Shown: positions 34,435-40,000 of the stretch, one piece after another
Numbering within the stretch: the stretch's first letter is position 1
Layout: every line of letters begins with the position of its first letter
NCBI GenBank assembly: GCA_963779155.1
Contig: CAVZXE010000015.1
Coordinates: 602,744 to 642,743, forward strand
Length of the DNA stretch: 40,000 nt
Direction: 5' to 3'
DNA from: an uncultured bacterium
Lineage (GTDB): Bacteria; Pseudomonadota; Gammaproteobacteria; Burkholderiales; Burkholderiaceae_C
Notes under the pieces: generated by a model
Seen by the model: the letters and a program-made list of their open reading frames with translations, nothing else
What the model was told of the DNA's origin: nothing
Databases searched by the model: none
Program-made: the position numbers and the translations under genes

Positions 34435-35994
34435 ATGTTCGAGATCGAGCTGAAGTTCCAGGTGCCGGCGGCCTCGCGTCGCGCCGTCGATGCGGCCGTC
34501 GGGGCCGGCGACTCGCCACGAACGCGCCTGCAGGCGATCTACTTCGACACGCCGGACCGCCGGCTGGCCGCCGCGGGAATGGCACTGCGGCTGCGCAAGG
34601 AAGGCCGGCGCTGGGTGCAGACGCTCAAGGCTGCGGGGCCGAACGCGATGCAGCGGATCGAACACAACGTGCCGCTGAGCGGCGCGATGAGTGTGCCGGC
34701 CGGCGCCGTGCCGGGTGTCGATCCCTTGCGCCACGCGGGCACGCCGGGTGGCGAGCTGCTGAACGCCGCGCTCGCTGCCCGTGACGGCGAGCAGTCTGCG
34801 TCGCGCCTGGTCGCGCTGTACCGCACCGACATCTGGCGCCGCACACGCACGCTGCGGGTGCGCGGCGGCAGCGTCGAACTCGCGTTCGACAGCGGCGAGA
34901 TCCTGGCACGAGATCGCCGCCGGCCGGTGTGCGAGCTCGAGTTCGAACTCCTGCGCGGCCAGGCCGTCGCGGTGATCGATGCCGCCCGCCGCTGGGTGCG
35001 CCGGCATGGCCTGTGGCTCGACGTGCGCAGCAAGGCCGAGCAAGGCGACCGTCTGGCGCGCGGCATCGTGCTCGGCCCGGCGATCAAGGCCGGCGCAGTG
35101 CAACTCGATCGCGCGATGAGTGCCGACGCCGCCTTGCACGCCGTGGTCGCCCACTGCCTGCAGCAAGTCCTGCCCAACGCGAGCGAGATTGCCGGCGGCC
35201 CCTGCAGCGACGAGCACGTCCACCAGTTGCGCGTCGGCCTGCGCCGCCTGCGCACTGCGCTGCGCTTCTTCGCCGGCTGGACAGTGCCGGTCGATCCTGC
35301 GTGGGCGGAGCACCTGACGGCCCTGTTCCGCCAGCTCGGCGTTGCGCGCGACCGCGACGCGCTCGCCGCATCGCTGTTGCCCGCGCTGCGCGAGGCCGGT
35401 GCACCGCTGTTCGAGCTGCCGCCGGCACCCGAGGGGCCGACGCCGACGGAGCTGCTGCGCGCGGCTGGCGCCACGCTGCTGCTGCTCGATCTGCTGGCCT
35501 ATCAGGTCAGCGGCGCGGCCGCGCCCGCGGTACCGGCGGGTACCAATCCTGCGCCGGAGGCCTCGCCGGTGCCGGAGCCGTGGGCTGCAGCGTCACTGGC
35601 CGACACGGTTGCAGATCGGCTGCAGCGTTGGCATCGTCGCGTCGTTCGGGCCGCAGCGCACTACGGCGAGCTAGACGACATGGCCCGCCACCGGCTGCGC
35701 AAGCGCGTCAAGCGCCTGCGCTATGCCGCGGAGTTCGCGGCCTCGCTGTACAAGGGCAAGGCGGTGGCGCGCTACCTGGCCCAGCTGGCGCCGGTGCAGG
35801 ACAGCCTGGGCCGCTACAACGACCTGTGCGTCGGCTTGGCAACCTACCGCAGCGCCGTCGGCGACGATCCGCGCGCCTGGTTCGCCATCGGCTGGTTGAC
35901 CGCGCGGCGCGACGTCCTGCTGGCCGAGAGCGTTGCGACGCTCAAGCGCTTCAGGCGTGCCGAACCATTCTGGAGGGTTCACCGAGGCGGCTAG
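34435..35994 (+). CDS. CYTH (triphosphate tunnel metalloenzyme) plus CHAD domain protein
   Basis: The N-terminal MFEIELKFQV carries the ExExK signature. The C-terminal half has basic CHAD helices (HQLRVGLRRLRTALRFF, HRLRKRVKRLRYAAEF). Confidence 0.85.
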   Translation: MFEIELKFQVPAASRRAVDAAVGAGDSPRTRLQAIYFDTPDRRLAAAGMALRLRKEGRRWVQTLKAAGPNAMQRIEHNVPLSGAMSVPAGAVPGVDPLRHAGTPGGELLNAALAARDGEQSASRLVALYRTDIWRRTRTLRVRGGSVELAFDSGEILARDRRRPVCELEFELLRGQAVAVIDAARRWVRRHGLWLDVRSKAEQGDRLARGIVLGPAIKAGAVQLDRAMSADAALHAVVAHCLQQVLPNASEIAGGPCSDEHVHQLRVGLRRLRTALRFFAGWTVPVDPAWAEHLTALFRQLGVARDRDALAASLLPALREAGAPLFELPPAPEGPTPTELLRAAGATLLLLDLLAYQVSGAAAPAVPAGTNPAPEASPVPEPWAAASLADTVADRLQRWHRRVVRAAAHYGELDDMARHRLRKRVKRLRYAAEFAASLYKGKAVARYLAQLAPVQDSLGRYNDLCVGLATYRSAVGDDPRAWFAIGWLTARRDVLLAESVATLKRFRRAEPFWRVHRGG

Positions 35995-36447
35995 GATGCG
36001 ATCGCCGGGGCGCCGGTGTCAGATCGCGCGTGTCAACTTGACGATACGGGCCAAGTCTCTCGGTTCGCGCCCTGGCGGCGAATGCAAAGGCGGGGGAGGC
36101 GGCCCGCGGCCATGTCGTGGCGTCCCCCCACGATACTTGCGATACCCGTCCGTACTGCAGGCCGTCTGGCGCCACTGAAAACCCTGCGGCACGAGGTGCC
36201 GGCGACATTCGGCAGGTACACCTGTTCCGTCGGACGCTGCCCACGTGGGCCGGGTCCGATGCCCTAGAATCGGGACCGTCCGGCGGACGCCGGGGTAGAC
36301 GGCGAACGCCGGGGCAGAGTCCGACAACGCAATCAACTCGTGGCCATTGTTCCGCGCCGGGCCGGACTTCCCGCGCTGGGTGACGCGCCGGAGACCCGGC
36401 AACGAGGAATGCAGTTGTGCGGTCTATGAGGCGCCGATTCGCATTGA

Positions 36448-37866
36448 ATGGCTCATCCGATGAATCGTCTTAGTCAAAAACTGATACGCGCATGGGCCGG
36501 TATGGGCAGCCGCTTTCTGCCGTTTGCGGACGCCGCGACGCCGGATCTGCCGCTTTCGAGGCTCCTGCGCCTGTCGCTGTTTCAGGTATCGGTCGGGATG
36601 GCCTTGGTGCTGCTGGTAGGCACGCTGAACCGGGTGATGATCGTCGAACTCGACGTGCCGGCCTCCCTGGTGGCGGTGATGGTTTCGTTGCCGGTCATCT
36701 TCGCGCCATTTCGGGCACTCATCGGCTTTCGTTCGGATACCCACCGTTCGGCGCTAGGTTGGAAACGGGTTCCGTATATTTGGAAAGGGACGTTGATTCA
36801 ATTCGGTGGCCTGGCCATCATGCCCTTTGCACTGCTCGTGCTTTCAGGCGGCGGAAATGCGAGCCAATGGCCGGTTTGGATCGGGCAATTGGGAGCGGGA
36901 CTGGCGTTCTTGCTGGTCGGAGCCGGTTTGCATACGATCCAGACGGCCGGCCTTGCGCTGGCGACGGATCTGACGCCGACCGAATCGCATCCGAAGGTCG
37001 TGGGCCTGATGTATGTGATGCTGCTCGTGGGCACGATCATCAGCGCACTGGTTTTTGGCGCCTTGCTTTCTGAATTCACGCCGGCGCGCCTGATCCAGGT
37101 GATTCAGGGTTCGGCCGTGGCTACGATCGCCCTGAACATATTGGCATTGTGGAAGCAGGAAACCCGCCGGCCATCCCGGGGTGCGGGCAACCGCCCGGAG
37201 CCCACCTTCCGGGAGTCGTGGGAAGTGTTTCGCGAGGGCGAGCATGCGTTGCGCCGCCTGGTGGCCGTCGGCCTGGGGACGATGGCTTTCAGCATGCAGG
37301 ACGTTCTGCTGGAGCCCTATGGCGGTCAGGTGCTGCACCTGGCCGTCGGAGCGACGACCAAGCTGACCGCGACCCTGGCGCTCGGCGGACTCATCGGTTT
37401 CGGCCTTGCGTCGCGCGTCCTGAGTCGCGGCGCAGATCCGTTCCGCATGGCCAGCGCCGGCGCGTTGGTCGGCGTACCGGCATTCCTGACAGTGATTGCC
37501 GCCGCACCGGCGGGTTCGCCGGTATTGTTTGGCCTCGGAACATTCCTGATCGGCTTCGGTGGCGGACTCTTCGGTCACGGCACCCTGACCGCGACCATGA
37601 ATCTCGCGCCAGAGAATCAGAGGGGACTGGCCCTCGGTGCCTGGGGCGCGGTGCAGGCCACCGCAGCCGGTATTGCGGTCGCGTTGGGCGGCGTCGGCAG
37701 AGATGTGGTGGATGGATTTGCCGCCAGAAACTGGCTCTCGTCGGCACTGAACGAGCCGGCAACCGGATACACGTTTGTCTACGCCGTCGAAGTAATGCTA
37801 TTGCTCGCGACGATGGTGGCGATGGCTCCACTCGTTCGCCCTTCGGCTCGATACGCGACAACCTGA
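36448..37866 (+). CDS. pucC: PucC/LhaA-family (BCD) MFS protein, LH2 assembly factor
   Basis: FLPFADAATPDLPLSRLLRLSLFQVSVGMALVLLVGTLNRVMIVEL...FAPFRALIGFRSDTHRSALGWKRVPYIW. There are 12 TM-like segments. The ATG at 36460 (MNR...) is an alternative start. Confidence 0.9.
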   Translation: MAHPMNRLSQKLIRAWAGMGSRFLPFADAATPDLPLSRLLRLSLFQVSVGMALVLLVGTLNRVMIVELDVPASLVAVMVSLPVIFAPFRALIGFRSDTHRSALGWKRVPYIWKGTLIQFGGLAIMPFALLVLSGGGNASQWPVWIGQLGAGLAFLLVGAGLHTIQTAGLALATDLTPTESHPKVVGLMYVMLLVGTIISALVFGALLSEFTPARLIQVIQGSAVATIALNILALWKQETRRPSRGAGNRPEPTFRESWEVFREGEHALRRLVAVGLGTMAFSMQDVLLEPYGGQVLHLAVGATTKLTATLALGGLIGFGLASRVLSRGADPFRMASAGALVGVPAFLTVIAAAPAGSPVLFGLGTFLIGFGGGLFGHGTLTATMNLAPENQRGLALGAWGAVQATAAGIAVALGGVGRDVVDGFAARNWLSSALNEPATGYTFVYAVEVMLLLATMVAMAPLVRPSARYATT

Positions 37867-38007
37867 GCGTCAAACGCCCGCGGGCAAAGGGTGCTGCAGA
37901 TGGCACCGACGCGACCCATTCAAGACCTGGACCCGCACTCTATTCTGATCGTGTTTGCCGGCGCCTGTATTGGGCGCGGCAACACCTTCGAATGGCCGCA
38001 GTAAGGC

Positions 38008-38041
38008 ACAGGGGCCTGGATTCATGAATCCAGGCCCCTGT
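38008..38041. terminator. Perfect 34-nt palindrome between convergent pucC and pucA (bidirectional terminator or mRNA-stabilising hairpin)
   Basis: ACAGGGGCCTGGATTCATGAATCCAGGCCCCTGT forms a stem of about 15 bp. It lies 27 nt downstream of the pucA stop. No clear U-tract follows on either strand. Confidence 0.6.
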
Positions 38042-38068
38042 CACGGACCAGCGGCAATAGGAACTCCT

Positions 38069-38335
38069 CTATTTCTTGGCTACTGGAGCCTTCGTCGGCA
38101 AAGCATTCGTATCAGCGGCCGGTGCGACAACTGCCGCCGGGGCCGCCGCGACGACGGTCGCAGGGACCGTTGCAACGGGCTTTGCCTTCGTATTGCCATT
38201 GTAGTAGGCGGGGTACCAATCGGTCTTCGTCAATATCGCTGCGTGAACAGCCAGCGCGATGACGGTGACACCACCCAAGAACAGGGGCAAACCCACGGTC
38301 GGGTTGACTACCAGCCAAATCTTACCTTGGTTCAT
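38069..38335 (-). CDS. pucA: Light-harvesting complex 2 alpha polypeptide with an Ala/Pro/Val-rich C-terminal extension
   Basis: [45 protein letters not shown] closely matches the canonical LH2 alpha N-terminus and BChl-binding His. About 40 extra residues follow ([37 protein letters not shown]). The RBS is GAGGAG. Confidence 0.92.
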   Translation of the reverse strand: MNQGKIWLVVNPTVGLPLFLGGVTVIALAVHAAILTKTDWYPAYYNGNTKAKPVATVPATVVAAAPAAVVAPAADTNALPTKAPVAKK

Positions 38336-38347
38336 GTGCAGTTCTCC

Positions 38348-38503
38348 TCAATGAAGCCACGGCGTGTAGATATAGGCCAGCAAGTGGGCCAGCGCCGCAA
38401 TGAAGCCGAAAATGCGCGTGCCCTCGATCACGTGCCTATGCAACTCCTCAGCCTCCGCAAGGGTCAAGCCTGTCGGCCATACCTTTTCTGGATCAATATG
38501 CAT
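38348..38503 (-). CDS. pucB: Light-harvesting complex 2 beta polypeptide (51 aa; not in the ORF track)
   Basis: Hand translation gives MHIDPEKVWPTGLTLAEAEELHRHVIEGTRIFGFIAALAHLLAYIYTPWLH. It has the conserved EELH...GTR...AH...TPWLH features. GAAGGAGAAGG lies upstream. The stop is 12 nt before the pucA start. Confidence 0.9.
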   Translation of the reverse strand: MHIDPEKVWPTGLTLAEAEELHRHVIEGTRIFGFIAALAHLLAYIYTPWLH

Positions 38504-38602
38504 CGTCCTTCTCCTTCTGGGTCATGCGACCCCACTCGTGCTGAACCCGCACGCGGGCTGGTCATGGCTTCTACAGCCAGGCATCTCCTTACAACATGTG
38601 TG

Positions 38603-38646
38603 TGTAAAGCAAGACTTACACATGTCTGTGTTACTCTACGCTGACA
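38603..38646. promoter_or_regulatory. Two PpsR/CrtJ-type palindromes (TGT-N12-ACA) spaced 8 bp apart upstream of pucB
   Basis: Site 1 is TGTAAAGCAAGACTTACA (38603-38620), within the near-perfect palindrome GTGTAAAG...ACTTACAC. Site 2 is TGTTACTCTACGCTGACA (38629-38646). The 8-bp gap equals the spacing known for cooperative CrtJ/PpsR binding. Confidence 0.65.
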
Positions 38647-38661
38647 CAGTTGGGGCGTCAA
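38633..38661 (-). promoter_or_regulatory. Putative sigma70-type pucBA promoter
   Basis: On the minus strand: TTGACG (38661-38656), a 17-nt spacer, then TAGAGT (38638-33). The -10 element and spacer lie inside PpsR site 2, and site 1 covers the predicted start region. Confidence 0.45.
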
Positions 38662-38988
38662 CAGTCTTGAACATGGCGCTCGTGCACTCTGGTCGCACCG
38701 CGCGTGGCGTCGTCCATCCGCTGGGGCCTGGCCCCGAAGACGCGTCGGACGCGCGAGTTGTTTTGGCGCGACACTCGCGACTCGAAGCTGGGGCGATGCG
38801 CACCTGCAGGCAGCGACCAGCGGCCTGAATTCGACGGATGGTCGCTTGCTCGCCTGGACGGCGGGCGCCAAAGGCGAAGCCACCGCTTTGGCGCACCTGT
38901 GCACGCCAGGCTACTGCGGGCGCGTCGATCAGGGCGCTCGCGGCTGAGCGTGCTGCTCTTGGGCGGGCTCAGCCGGGCTCGGGCGCGG

Positions 38989-39555
38989 TCAGCAGCTCTG
39001 CACCGGCGCGCCGCCCGGCGACGCCGCGGCGGCCGCACCGCCCGCGCGGCCGTGGTGCACGGCCGTCAGGATGCCGCGCAGGATCTCCAGCGGCGGTGGC
39101 GGGCAGCCGCCGACGGCGACATCGACCGGGATCACGTTCGAGACCCGGCCGCAACTCGCAAAACTCTCGCCGAAGATCCCGCCGCTGCATCCGCAGTCGC
39201 CCACCGCGACGACGAGCCGCGGTTCGGGCGTGGCCTCGTAGGTGCGGCGCAGGGCGGTCTCCATGTTGCGCGAGACGGGGCCGGTCACGAGCAGCATGTC
39301 TGCGTGACGAGGGCTGGCGACGAAGCGGATGCCCAGGCCCTCGATGTTGTAGTAAGGGTTGTTGAGGGCGTGGATCTCGAGCTCGCAGCCGTTGCAGGAG
39401 CCGGCATCGACCTGCCGGATCGCCAGGGCCTGGCCGAGGATGTCGAGGATGTCGCGCTGGATGCGATCGGCTGACACGCGCAGCGCGTCATCGCTCTGGG
39501 GCGCCGGTTCGGTCCGGATGCCGTGGCGCGCGATCTGCCGGAGGATTTTCCACAT
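38989..39555 (-). CDS. NuoB-family small subunit of a group-4 hydrogenase-like membrane complex (HycG/CooL-like)
   Basis: VDAGSCNGCELEI, VAVGDCGCSGGIF and VGGCPPPP are the [4Fe-4S] ligand motifs. There is an Ala/Gly-rich C-terminal tail. The start lies 1 nt after the upstream stop. Confidence 0.85.
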   Translation of the reverse strand: MWKILRQIARHGIRTEPAPQSDDALRVSADRIQRDILDILGQALAIRQVDAGSCNGCELEIHALNNPYYNIEGLGIRFVASPRHADMLLVTGPVSRNMETALRRTYEATPEPRLVVAVGDCGCSGGIFGESFASCGRVSNVIPVDVAVGGCPPPPLEILRGILTAVHHGRAGGAAAAASPGGAPVQSC

Positions 39556-39556
39556 G

Positions 39557-40000
39557 TCAGAGATCCTGCCCGGAATAGCTGAGGTTGAACGACTTGTTGA
39601 TGAGCGGGAAGTCGGGAACGATGTTGCCGATCACCGCGTGCTCGAGCACGGGCCAGTTGTGCCATGACGGATCGTGGCAATGGCAGCGGCGGATCTTCGC
39701 GTCGGCGCCGAGTTCGAGCGCCACGAAGACCTCGCCGCGCCAGCCCTCGATCCAGCCGGCGCCTGCGGCGGCTCCGGTCGGCAGCACCAGCGCCGCCTGC
39801 GCCGGGCCGGCCGGCATCCGGGTGCACAAGTCGCGCACGAGGCGCAGCGACTCGAAGACTTCGTCGAAGCGCACGCCGACGCGGGCTGCCACATCGCCTT
39901 CGCTTCGGGTCGCCTTGCGAACCTCGAGCGCGTCATACGGGGCCCAGGCGCGGTCGCAGCGCAGGTCGGCCGCCTGGCCGCTTGCCCGCCCCGCGAGGCC
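39557..40000 (-). CDS. Large-subunit homologue (HycE/CooH/NuoD-like) of a group-4 hydrogenase-like complex, C-terminal part (gene runs off the right edge)
   Basis: The frame is open from position 40000: GLAGRASGQAADLRCDRAWAPYDALEVRKATRSEGDVAARVGVRFDEVFESLRLV...DPSWHNWPVLEHAVIGNIVPDFPLINKSFNLSYSGQDL-stop. The track shows only the part from an internal GTG. Confidence 0.85.
   Translation of the reverse strand, partial: GLAGRASGQAADLRCDRAWAPYDALEVRKATRSEGDVAARVGVRFDEVFESLRLVRDLCTRMPAGPAQAALVLPTGAAAGAGWIEGWRGEVFVALELGADAKIRRCHCHDPSWHNWPVLEHAVIGNIVPDFPLINKSFNLSYSGQDL

Noticed and set aside
36019-36402. A 127-aa minus-strand ORF in the pucC upstream spacer
   Set aside because: It has no RBS and no family resemblance. 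It is Pro/Arg/Gly-rich, so I treat the region as non-coding.
38942-38978. A possible terminator hairpin (GGCTGAGC...GCTCAGCC) after the hydrogenase-like small subunit
   Set aside because: The 8-bp stem has a ~17-nt loop and no U-tract, which is too weak to call.
1-40000. CRISPR arrays, rRNA, prophage, integrase or IS elements
   Set aside because: I saw no short regularly spaced direct repeats, no rRNA-like conserved blocks, and no transposase, integrase or phage structural motifs in any frame. The only mobile element I can support is the group II intron.

Overview
This is a very GC-rich chromosomal window with betaproteobacterial (Burkholderiales-like) gene content. The antenna genes pucC and pucBA are present, and the LH2 alpha chain carries a long Ala/Pro-rich C-terminal tail. 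That points to a purple phototroph of the Rubrivivax type; this is an inference, since no search was possible. I support about 40 protein genes. They include polA, a signal-peptide-bearing minimal ATP-dependent DNA ligase (Lig E type), kefF and kefC, a NarL-type response regulator with a hybrid histidine kinase, scpA, a glycosyltransferase pair (GT2-GtrA and GT39), LysR-iorAB with an orphan TRAP binding protein, a CYTH-CHAD protein, the puc locus, and the 3' end of a group-4 hydrogenase-like operon. Most long ORFs in the track are GC-driven antisense artefacts. Several real starts are internal ATGs or TTG codons, which I checked in the nucleotide sequence. The clearest accessory structure is a full-length group IIC intron (13483-15324, + strand) encoding an RT/maturase. 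It lies antisense between kefF and kefC, which are normally adjacent, and it sits inside one copy of a roughly 250-bp interspersed repeat. A second copy lies inverted on the other side of the intron, and a third, diverged copy lies near the ligase gene. Other items worth a second look:
- a hydrogenase large-subunit homologue whose C-terminal NiFe cysteine motif is absent (Ehr-like);
- a decayed L,D-transpeptidase pseudogene;
- tandem PpsR/CrtJ-type palindromes over a sigma70-like puc promoter;
- an unlisted 51-codon pucB;
- a perfect 34-nt palindrome between convergent pucC and pucA;
- a kinase-fold protein that appears to lack the catalytic Asp.
I found no tRNA, rRNA or CRISPR array. All family assignments are by-eye motif recognition, not database searches.
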